NCBI GenBank assembly: GCA_964016885.1
Contig: OZ024740.1
Span: 298,778,001 to 298,842,000 of the forward strand
Length of the DNA: 64,000 nt
Direction of reading: 5' to 3'
Source: Eledone cirrhosa
Taxonomy: Eukaryota
Below, in pieces: positions 41,679 to 52,102 of the stretch. Positions within the stretch are counted from its first letter, which is position 1. Each line of letters starts with the position of its first letter. The translations under genes and the position numbers were made by a program. The notes beneath the pieces are model-generated. The model had not been told where the DNA came from, ran no database searches, and worked only from the letters and a program-made list of their open reading frames with translations.

Positions 41679-42061
41679 ATCATCATCATTTTTTTACGTC
41701 CACTTTTTCCTGCTTGCAAGGGTGGGACTGGAACTGATTCTGGCTTGATTTCTACAGCTGGATGCCCTTCCTAACACCAACCTCATTTACAGTGAGTGCT
41801 GGGTGCTTTTTTTCCGTGGCACCTACATGTCCACTTTACAGTGTGGGCTGGATGCTTCTTTGCGACCACCTCCACGACCACTTTGCAGTGGAATGATAGG
41901 GACCCCAGCTCCTATCATCTCATATCTACAACTGAGTAAACTGGAGCAATGTGAAATAAAGTGTCTTGCTCAAGGACACAACACATCATCTGGTCTGAGA
42001 ATTGAACTCACAACCTTTCGATTGCAAGGCCAATGCTCTAACCACTAAGCCATGTGCCTCC
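41679..42061 (-). mobile_element. Same SINE family, full length
   Basis: Reverse complement of 10531-10923. Confidence 0.85.
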
Positions 42062-42149
42062 ATAATTTCAGTAATACTGTATATCAATATAGAATAGTAC
42101 AGTTCTGTACAGTTTCCATTATAATATAGCAATTATAATATGCTTTCCA

Positions 42150-42500
42150 GCATAGTTACGTCCCTTTACGATCTGAGTTCAAATCCTGCCAAGGTTAACT
42201 TTGCCTTTCATGCTTACGAGGTCAATAAAATAAAGTACCAGTAATGTACTGGGTAATTGCTGGCCTTGTACCAAAAGTAGAAACAATTATAATATAGCAA
42301 TTAGGGTGGTGGATTGGCAGAATCAGTAGAGGGTCGGATGCCATGCTTTGCTGCATAGAGTTACAGCCCTTTACAGTCTGAGTTCAAATCCCTCTGAGGT
42401 TAACTTTGCCTTTCATCCTTACGGGTTCAATAAAATAAAGCACCAGTATTGCACTGGGATAGTTGTTGACCTTGTGCCAATAGTAGAAACAATTATAATA
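42150..42500 (+). mobile_element. Two tandem SINEs with a Nin-domain-like core; other copies at ~33660-33750, 37736-37838, ~62860-63075 and ~63170-63260 (all -)
   Basis: CTGAGTTCAAATC B box plus CTTTGCCTTTCATCCTT.CG.GGTC.ATAAAATAAAGTACCAGT. The 37736-37838 copy has a perfect 17-bp TSD (TTGTTGGTAAAAATAAT at 37719 and 37839). Confidence 0.65.
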
Positions 42501-42708
42501 GTAATTCAGTGCAGTTCCATTATAGTACAATTCCACTACAGTAGAGTACTATGGTACAGTTCTGTTATAGTAGAACAGTTCAGTGTAGTTCCAGTCAAGT
42601 ACAGTTTCTATTACTTTACACTAATCCATTTCATTAACCATTGTTCCACCATGTCTCCCAACTAAAAATATATTATTTCAGTTGTTGCTATATATTTCTA
42701 TTATGCAG

Positions 42709-42780
42709 GGTATTGAAGATTATTTGGGTGACATGGACTTTAAGTTAGCTGGTACAAGGAAAGGAGTCACAGCTTTGCAG
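42709..42780 (+). CDS. PNPT1: PNPase exon with the catalytic aspartates ([24 protein letters not shown])
   Basis: ED..GDMDFK.AG metal-binding motif. 72 nt, phase 0-0, bounded by tgcag and gtaaac, and in frame with the previous exon. Confidence 0.97.
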
Positions 42781-43889
42781 GTAAACACTTCATCCATGTA
42801 TTTAACACTTACTCAGTATCTCACTGATCTGTGTCTTCTCTCTGTTTCCTCTGTTGCTACTAAACCAATCTCTGCTTCTAATAGCATTGCTAATGCTGTA
42901 TTATCCATAAACTACTCTTAGTTCATTTTTTATACTTCTCTCTTTACATAATATATATTGTCATAATATGTGTTATGCCACATAATTTTATCCAATTTTG
43001 TCTTCCATCCAGTTCACTATTCAAAACACTTTTACCCAATTTGTTTTCTACCACCACCACCACCACCACACCCATTCAAAGGCTAAAAAAAAAATCTTGC
43101 CAACAATTTTTTATTACAACAACAGGACTACACATAATGCACACAAGTTACAAACCATAGGAAATCAGGGTTATGTGGCTACCACAACATGAAAGATATC
43201 ATTATACTAGAACTAGTATTTTCATACACTTTTAATGCCTGTTGTCACAATATGCCTGTTGCCATAACATGCTTTTTGCCATAACCCATACATTGGATTG
43301 GAACATTTTTCACTCAGTTACTAACATATAGAATAGGATTCCAAAAGCTGAAGGTATGTGGCCTAGTGATTAGGGTGTTTGACTTATAATTGTGATGTTG
43401 TAGTTTCAATTCTTGGTCTGAGTGGCACATTGTATTCTTGAGAAAAATATGTCATTTCATGTTGCTCCAGTCCACTCAGCTGAAGATGAGTACTAACACA
43501 GGGGAGTATTGTATTTGCTGTCATTTAAAATCAACGAGATCAGGAAAAGCACCATCTCAAAAGATGGAATACAAGGAAAAGCTGAGTGTAGTAACTTCAT
43601 TCTCTCATTTGACAATGCATGGAAGCGTTTATTGGCTCACTGGACCCTTCTTAGAGTTCACATGTTCAATGAGGTGATTGTTCCCTTATGCATGTAATAA
43701 AAAAGACATCTTTTTTAAAAAAGGCAAGCATCAGAATAAACAAAAGCAACAATTAAACCACTGGTGCTCACATATCTCATAATTCAACTTCTGTACACTA
43801 TTCTTTAAAGCATTCTATTTAAACCTGATGGGAAGAAATAACTGTATGTAATCTATAATGTAAAAGGAGCCATTTATAGTGGTGTATAC

Positions 43890-43987
43890 CCCTCTCTCTC
43901 TCTCTCCCCCCCCTCTCTCTCTCTCCCCCTCTCCCTCCTCTCTCTCTCCCTCCTCTCCCTCCTCTCTCTCTCTCTCTCTCTCTCTCT
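43890..43987. repeat. Polypyrimidine (CT/CCT) tract
   Basis: About 100 nt of pure C/T. Confidence 0.9.
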
Positions 43988-45334
43988 ATACATATACATA
44001 TATTACAAGTCTAGAGTGAGTTCAGAAAGATCATTAAAACTAATGCAAATGATAATTTATCATCAGAGATTTTTTTCTGACAGAATATTAGACTTCATGT
44101 TGGCAAGTAAATAACTATGTAAAAAAAAAAAAGACCTTATGTAACAAAAAAAAAATATATATATATATATTAAAAAAAATACACCTAGCTGTCTGGAACA
44201 TACAAGCATTGATAGAGATATTGAATGATGCAAAGTCAACCATACAGCAAATATATATTCTGAATAGACTTCACGAGTGTATATTGTAGATCACCCACTT
44301 ATTATATTTTCAATGCATTCAATAATTTCAATATTGCTGAGCCAATGTTCAGATACATATCTAAAGCTAGCTATGATGAACTGCTGGTCATATTGAACGG
44401 GAAAGAGACTTATGAATTCCATTACAAGTCATTGTTATTCAGCATTTACAAATGATAGCACCTGCCCTAGCAAGGCTGTGTGGTTTAAGAATACCTCATT
44501 GCAAATATGATGTTATGGGTTCAAGCCCACTGTACCTCACCTTGGTTGTCTTCTGTCATTGTCATAGGTGGATCAATGCTTTTGAGTGAAATTTGGTACA
44601 CAAAACTGTGCATATATGTATATTTATAAAAGGTAAGGGTAAAGATCCCTGTCAGTCACAAATGACCATGGGAATTGCACCTAGAAAGACGCCCCCCCCC
44701 CCCAGCACAAACCCGTGCAAAGTTGTTTGCGAAAGACCAGCAGTCTCCCCTCTTCATGCTACTGATGTTTTCTAAGGGAAAAGCAATGGCTGATACAGCT
44801 TGGCACCAGTGATGTCAAAACTCATTTCTACAACTGAGTAAACTGGAGCAATGTGAAATAAAGTGTTTTGCTCAAGAACACAACACATAGCCCAGTCCAG
44901 GAATCAAACTCACGACCTCATGATTGTATGCTCAATACTCTAACCACAAATCCATGTGTATCAATAAATATATTTACATGAATCAGTGTGGTATTTACTC
45001 TTCCCAATTTGTACAGACACATCCTTGTCTATCATGTCATTGAAAGTGCGGTGAACCAATGATACAACCACTGGGAACCTATAACCAATGCTGCTATCAC
45101 TCATCTAAAAATTATTTAAAAATAATTCTAGAGATTGAGAAAAAGCTCTAATTAGCATTCTGCATAACAATGAATGTCAAGAAAATATGCTAATTTTTAA
45201 AAATGAAAGAAGTTTTGAAGAAATATTGTCTAATCCCTTCTACTTAATACAATCATAACTTTTCAGCTTCAATATTATACGAGATATTTATAGTGTTACA
45301 TCAACCTCAGCCAATTCATATTGGCATATGGAAT

Positions 45335-46300
45335 CTTACTGGTATATAATATTTTATTGCTCTATGATATAAGACTGGTAATGATATATTACTGGTATAT
45401 AATATTTTATTGCTCTGTGATATAAGACTGGTAATGATATATTACTGGTATATAATATCTTATTACTACCTGATATATTACTGGTAAATAATATCTTATA
45501 GCTCTATGATATATTACTAGTACTAGCAGAAAAACCACCCTTCATTTGGTTTTCTGCTAACATGTGTAGTGTGCATATTGATATTATACGCAAGTATATA
45601 TGCATGTAGATATGATACATCAAATAAAATCATAATTGACAATATACACAGAAATTGAATAAATCAGTAACGTAATCCATGATGCATTAAAGAAAAACAA
45701 TATTATATATAAACTGCATTAGGAGAAAATTAGTGACGGAAATGATGAATGGTTATTTAAACGATCGCTAACTGGAAGTGTTGACATTTGAAAATTTTAA
45801 AGAAGTGAATCTTTAAATAAGCAATAAAATATATTTAATCAACAGCTACGAAATTTAGTAGATAAATTATGTAATATTCATTCATTATTTATTCAAAGTA
45901 ATCCAACTTATTTTACTAACTGGTTTAAAGAAAATAAACCATACGCAGTCCCGCACTCCTTACTTTATTATAGTTTAGAAATGATATCTTAATTCTCCAT
46001 GATATATTACAGGTATATAATATCTTAATTCTCCATGATTTATTACAGGTATATAATATCTTAATTCTCCATGATATATTACTGGTATCATCATCATCAT
46101 CGTTTAACGTCCATATTCCACGCTTGCATGGGTTTGGTATATAATATCTTATTACTACCTGATATATTACTAATATATCATATCTTAATTCTCTATGATA
46201 TATTACTGGTATATCCTATTGCAACTTGATGTATTACTGGTATATAATATCTTATTGTTCCCTGATATATTACTGGTATATCTTATGGCTCTATGATATC
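45335..46300. repeat. 36-bp minisatellite (GATATATTACTGGTATATAATATCTTAATTCTCCAT) with nested insertions
   Basis: More than 10 degenerate tandem units are visible on either side of the Helitron. Confidence 0.85.
45523..45979 (-). mobile_element. Short non-autonomous Helitron
   Basis: 5' TCTAAACTATAATAAAG and 3' hairpin (TAGCAGAAAAACCA/TGGTTTTCTGCTA) plus CTAG|T. It interrupts a minisatellite. Confidence 0.65.
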
Positions 46301-47031
46301 TGTCATAGGAAGTGAAGGTTACTACCTTTGCATCTTCACACGTTACCAGACTGAATCTATTTTACGTCCAATCAAAGAATATAGCAACTCTCACACACTC
46401 ATTCATAGCAGCCATGAACATGCACATAAAGCATGGTACAGTGTCTTCTATCATATAATGAGGTTGAACATATTCCTGATAGTGAAATTTTGCATGTGGT
46501 AGTCTGTTTTTGTGGTGGATTTAAACATTCAAGTTAGATCTATGCTCTAACATAGCTTTTTTCCTTTCTCCACTCATCTTGAAGACCTAGACCTGAAAAT
46601 GTATCATGGCCGCTCCCCTTCTTTCTGAAATAATGTAAAAATAATAATGATGGGGCAACTAAATCTTGAGCAAAAACTATATACGATAGACATATATGTA
46701 TATCTAGAATGTTGGATTTGTGCTTAGCTTTAAGCTGTTTTTATTAGTTGATTCTATGTTGTCTGTCTACTCAGGTAAATCTAGCTGGGTCTTCCTGAGA
46801 ACAAGAATATTATTAGCCAAGGAGGGCCATTAGAACTAGCTGTCAAATATTATTTAAGTAACATCCTACCATAGACAGGTTTGTATAACCAGGGTTAATT
46901 ATGGGATACTAAACACCACCAACAACAATATTGTCTATGACAAACATCTAATGTACCTATGAAGTTTACATAATACTAAACACCAACAACAACAATAGTA
47001 TCTACTACAAACATCTTATGTACCTATGAAG

Positions 47032-48108
47032 TCATCATCATCATCATCATCATCGTTTAACGTCCATCTTCCACGCTTGCATGGGTTTGGATGGGAGTTT
47101 TCCCACTTGAGGCACGATTGGTTGTCTTGCTCGTATAGGACTGTCTGGCGGGTTTTCTATGGCTGGATGCCCTTCCTAACACCAACCACGTTTACAGTGT
47201 GGACTGGGAGGTTTTTACCGTGTTACCTACACGGCTACATTACAGCGTGAACTGTGTGTTTTTTTTGTCGTGACACCTACACGACCTCATTTATTTCGGA
47301 CTGGATGTTGTGGTACCAACATCACTTTACATCGAAAGGGGTGGTGTGGATGGGGTGGGGGTGTATTTTTGTTAGAGGTGCCTACTGACTGTAGGTTTCG
47401 CTTTGTACTTAGGCAAGGCGGGTCTTTTGTATTACTGTGTAGCGCCAAAGATCTCGGTCCAGTGACATTGTCTTGGAGAGGTGTAAGTGTGTGAGGTCGG
47501 AATTTATCAAGTCGTCCCAGGTTTTACTGGGTCTGCCTACTCCGTGGCTACCGTCTATTTTTATTGCCCTGCACTTTTTTATACAGCTGTCGTCTTTCAT
47601 GCGCATCACGTGACCATACCCACGTAGTCTTCTCTTGAGTAAACAACATCTGATTACTCTTATTCCTAATTTCTCCCTTAGTTCATTTATGCTTTGCCGT
47701 TCACGTATATTACTATTACACATCCAACGGAGAATGCAAGCTTTGTTCCTCTCCAGTCTGTGTATATCCTCTGCACACAATGCCCAAGTCTCACTGCCAT
47801 GTAACATTGCTGTTCGTATGCAGGCATCATACAGCCTGCCTTTCATTTTTAGAGAGAACCCTTTAGCGGCCAATAGTGGTATAAGCTCTCTGAACTTCTT
47901 GCATCCCGTTCTGACTCTAGCTACTGTACTTTCAGAGCACCCTCCACCACTGCTGATTTTGTCACCCAGGTAACGGAAGGTGTCCACTATTTCTATAGAA
48001 TTATCTGTGCAATGGAATGAGCTAGTATTCTGTGGGCACTTGCTGCTACTTATTGCACCTGAGCACCGGCCACATATAAAATCTATATTCTTAGTTAGCT
48101 TACCTGTG
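47032..48108 (-). mobile_element. RTE-clade LINE, 5'-truncated (same family as 16104)
   Basis: Near-identical ORF C-terminus ending KTRLA* at 47409, ~375-bp 3' UTR and (GAT)n tail. Confidence 0.9.
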
Positions 48109-48712
48109 AATGGAAAGACCAGTAGGAATTTAGAATGATTGAGGTTTAGCTTACTTATTGTTAACACAATAGAAGTAAGGAAATAAATAGTGCTGTTCTG
48201 TATAATAATGTTTAGTGTAATATTTACTAAACTCTGAGTATTATTGATCCTTAGTAGATCTAGATACATGGCAATTAGCTGAATAGTAGTAATGTGTTTG
48301 GTATGAATATAATCTTCAAATATTTCTGTAAAAGTCAGTTTGAGTGAATTGTTTATTTAGATTATGCTGTTGACAATATTGAAAAGAATCATATACTATG
48401 TTTATTAAAACATAGAGTTCTGAGTAACAGCTAGAATCAATCCAAAGAAGACTGGGGATTGATTACTGTTATAGATGGGCAGCTTCTCAGTTCTGTGGCT
48501 TCCCATATATGTATATATATATATATAGATAAATCTACCAAAAGTTTACAGTAGTGTCCAATCCGTATGAAGAACTCAATGTAATCCGGATATCATGAAA
48601 AGAGAAGATGCATTCAAAAACTATTTTCGGTGAAAATTAACGGAAAACAGAGTCAAGATAAATTAATAAAATAATGAATAAACAAAGAAACAGTTCCTTA
48701 TATTAAAAAAAT

Positions 48713-48843
48713 TCATCATTTTACGATCGTTTCTAGGATATATATGTGTTAGTATTGGTATGCATATTCTATAGATCTATGTAAAATATTTATACAAACT
48801 AATACATACCTACACATATATATGCTGTCTTCAGAAATAATGA
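48713..48843 (-). ncRNA. Type I hammerhead ribozyme with long stem II, in the 3' end (pLTR) of the Penelope-like element
   Basis: UCAUUAUUU-CUGAAGA-[94 nt including AUAUAUAUGUGU/ACACAUAUAUAU]-GAAAC-GAUC-GU-A-AAAUGAUGA: 9-bp stem I, palindromic ACGAUCGU stem III, GUA triplet. The base of stem II is mismatched (C.A). Confidence 0.72.
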
Positions 48844-49283
48844 TATTTGTTTATTGAAAAAAACAAAGATTCAATACAATAGGTCTGTTTGGGAACAGGT
48901 TTTGAATTGACCAATAGAAAGATAGTGAGGGTCAAGATAGTAATATAGTAGTAGAAGAACCTTAAATTATGGGTAGAGGAAGGTAGATTTCTGTTTTGGA
49001 TGGAAAAGATTATTATGAATGAAAGATTGATTGTTTTAGGGATGAAAATAGGTCGTATGCTGACCTCAGAAATAATTATATTTGTTCATTGAATAAAACC
49101 AGCAAAGATCTAATATAGTCTGTCTGTTTGGTAAGAGGTTTAGAGTTAACCAATAGAAAGTTAATAATTGGCCAAATGGTAAAATAGTAGTAATTGAAGT
49201 TTATTTTAGGGGTAGAATAAGGCAGATTTCAGTTTTGAATGGAGTGTGAAGAATGAGGTTATTTTAGGGGTGAAAATAGGTCA
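48822..49283. repeat. ~235-bp diverged tandem duplication in the 3' region of the Penelope-like element
   Basis: Both units begin ATGCTG.C.TCAGAAATAAT.ATATTTGTT and end TTTAGGG.TGAAAATAGGTC. Confidence 0.8.
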
Positions 49284-49572
49284 GGTCAGTAAAAGGTATA
49301 CGAGCAGTTGCTGTTATAAAACAGTAATGCCAATGCAAATATCTAAGGAGACTAAAATTTTACTATAAGAGTGTTAGTGAAAAAAGTACATCTATGAAAA
49401 GAATATAAATTAATTTAATTGATGGGTATATTTATATTGATAAAATTATACTAATGCATATAGATATGAGAAATAAGAGTTAGATGTAGTTGAAGAGTGC
49501 TGTTTAAGATGAGGGGAAATTAAAAGAATATAAAAATAATATATATATATATTTATATACATACACACACAT

Positions 49573-49655
<83 letters not shown>

Positions 49656-49666
49656 TACACACATAT

Positions 49667-49709
<43 letters not shown>

Positions 49710-49965
49710 TACATACATATACATATAATTATTGGGGGGGGGGATTAAATTTATTAGTGAGAAATAATAGATATATAGAGATTTGAAGGAACATAGATTC
49801 ATAACCTGAAATTAAAGCATTATATATGTTTACTTAATGGTATCAGTTTTAGGAAATGATAGTTGTAAGAAGGAAAATAAAATTATGTAGTTCATCAGTA
49901 GTAGAATATTAATTATAGGTTAACTAAATTAAAAACAGTTTATATATTAATTTCTAAAGTGTATA

Positions 49966-51581
49966 TTAATTAGGTTTATAATATTTAAAGGTTTTTCTCA
50001 GTTTATGATTACACAATATTATTAATTCCTGTCGATTATTTAATAGGATATCCTTAGATTTCATTATTTCAAAAAGTTCTTGGGAACATAATCTACATTC
50101 ATATCTATTATTTTGATAAGGGGTGGCCCTTTTAAGCACACTCCAGGTCAGGTCATAATCTATATTCCTCTTTCTATAATTATTAATTATTTCAGCTAGA
50201 GATGTTGTATTAGCTAGTGCAGCATTTTAAAAACTATGTTTGTGGGTATTAAATCTTACCTTAAATTTGTTAGAGGTAGCTCCTATATATGAATAAATTG
50301 AGTCCTTAGTGTTAACTTTACATTTATATATTATGTTATTAACAAGGCAATTTCCTTTTAATGGGCAGTTTGCCTTGTTTCTACAGTTACAACTTTTTGT
50401 GAATCCTGTATCTGAGGAGATATTATGGTTAGTTTGATGTACTGGTGGTATACTCATGGTTTTTTTACATTTATATGCATTGTAGGCACTTATATTTTGT
50501 TTTATATTTTTGGTTGTTGAGTAGGAGAATTTAACCGTTGATCTATTTAAAATTTGATGGTATTTGTGGTTTGGCGGGAAGTTTTTCTCTAGGATATTAA
50601 AGAATTTCTTAGGTATATTATCCTTAATTTGTAAATTAAATGGAGCATTATACCAAGTAACTCGTCTATTATGGTTCAATGTTGTTTATTGTTTTTATAG
50701 GATGTATCCTGATGTTTATTAAGAGAATTATTGTTAATGACTTCACCACACACATTTTTAGTTAAATTTATTGATTTAGGTGTTTTAGCTTGTTTATTAG
50801 GAGTTTTATTATTAACATTTATTAGAGTTGTAGGATGAGTAGTTTTTTGAGAGTTACTATATTGTATATTAGAAGAGTTAGAGAAATTTGGTTTTATGTT
50901 GGTGTTTTGGGGTATAGTGTGAGTGGCATTTAGGTGTGTATGTTTCATTTGGTGTTTGTTGGTAATATTAGGTTGTATGTTTGTAGTGTTATTGGTAGAA
51001 GGTATATATACTAATTTATTTTTGTGGCCACTTCTAGCTAGAGCTTCGTTATAAAAGGTTGCATTTTTATCAAATACATCCTGGTTAGACGAAAGGTTAG
51101 AAATTCTAAGTGATATATTATATGCAAGGTTTTTAAAGATAGATTTAGGGTGATTAGATTGTGAGTGTATGTAGTGTAAATTTTGGTTAGGTTTATGGTA
51201 AGGTTGGTAGATACCCGTAGATAAGTCTAATGTTATATCTAGGAAATTAACTACTTTACTTGTGTTTTCAAATGTAATATCTAGACTATAATAGTCTTTA
51301 AGGAAGGTTCTAATAAGCTTTTTATTTTTTTCTATCTCTGAAAGGCTAAGGTTATTGGAAAGAAGAAGACAGTCGTCACGATATAAACCACCTTTAAGGT
51401 GGGGAAAGGAAGCATTTATGTTAAAAAGAAGAAAGAGGCCCACAAGATCAGTAATTTGGGCAGAATCGCTTGAGCCCATAGTAATATCGAATAGATTACT
51501 ATATGTGTTTCTGGTCCAGTATTCATTTTGAAATTCCAATAGTGTTAGTCTAGCATGTGTAATAATATTAATGTCATCCAA
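49966..51581 (-). pseudogene. Disrupted RT-GIY-YIG ORF of the Penelope-like element
   Basis: Frameshift near 50677, TAA stop at 50227, second frameshift near 50165. The N-terminal RT motifs are missing. Confidence 0.88.
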
Positions 51582-51662
51582 AGATATATATGGAAGGCCA
51601 CAGAACTGCTCTACGGGTTATATATATATAACCCGTAGAGCATATGAAAGTTTGTGAGTTCA

Positions 51663-51965
51663 TTGCAATCGAAAGGTTGTGAGTTCAATTCTCAGACCGG
51701 GTGATGTGTTGTTTCCTTGAGCAAGCCACATTATTTCACATTGCTCCAGTTTACTCAGTTGTAGAAATGAGATGATAGGGACTGGGGTCGATATCATTCC
51801 ACTGCAAAGTGGTCATGGAGGTGCCATGGCAAAAAAGCACCCAGCACTCACTGTAAATGAGGTTGGTGTTAGGAAGGGCATCCAGCTGTAGAAATCAAGC
51901 CAGAATCAGTTCCTGTCCCACCCTTGCAAGCAGGGAAAAAGTGGACGTAAAATGAATGATGATGA
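51663..51965 (+). mobile_element. Same SINE family, partial head
   Basis: Matches 10565-10923 with one internal repeat unit missing. Confidence 0.8.
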
Positions 51966-52066
51966 TATATATTACTATATATATATAAATATGTAAAAGG
52001 TAAACAGAAATAACAAAGCAAATGACACATTACAATGAGGAAATATATGTTTAAATAGGAAAAGAG

Positions 52067-52102
52067 TCTTAATGTTTTGGGCACTAGTCTTTCATCAGAA
52101 GA
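52067..52102 (-). ncRNA. Decayed minimal hammerhead motif (same family as 62450)
   Basis: UCUU-CUGAUGA-AAGAC(UAGU)GCCC-AAAAC-AU-U-AAGA within a ~210-bp insert between TA tracts. Confidence 0.45.

Larger units (their letters stand above)
48530..51583 (-). mobile_element. Penelope-like retroelement (RT + C-terminal GIY-YIG), 5'-truncated, inserted in (TA)n
   Basis: RT motifs FDITMGS, GLYRDD, VNFLDITL, YHKP and SNHP. Linker WYNAPF and CNCRNKANCPLKGNC. GIY-YIG IIY...YIGAT...FKVRF..HKHSF. After a stop and frameshift, C-terminal CRLC...LLN.RQEL...CNH ends at 49966. The 3' non-coding part contains a hammerhead and ends at the (TA)n tract at 48505-48527. Confidence 0.92.

Noticed and set aside
45335-46300. 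CRISPR-like appearance of the 36-bp repeats
   Set aside because: Units are contiguous and degenerate with no unique spacers, the context is a eukaryotic intron, and there are no cas genes.
47409-48269. 286-aa ORF as a novel protein
   Set aside because: Chance fusion: only 47409-48108 is RTE sequence, and the N-terminus is flanking DNA read through the truncation point.
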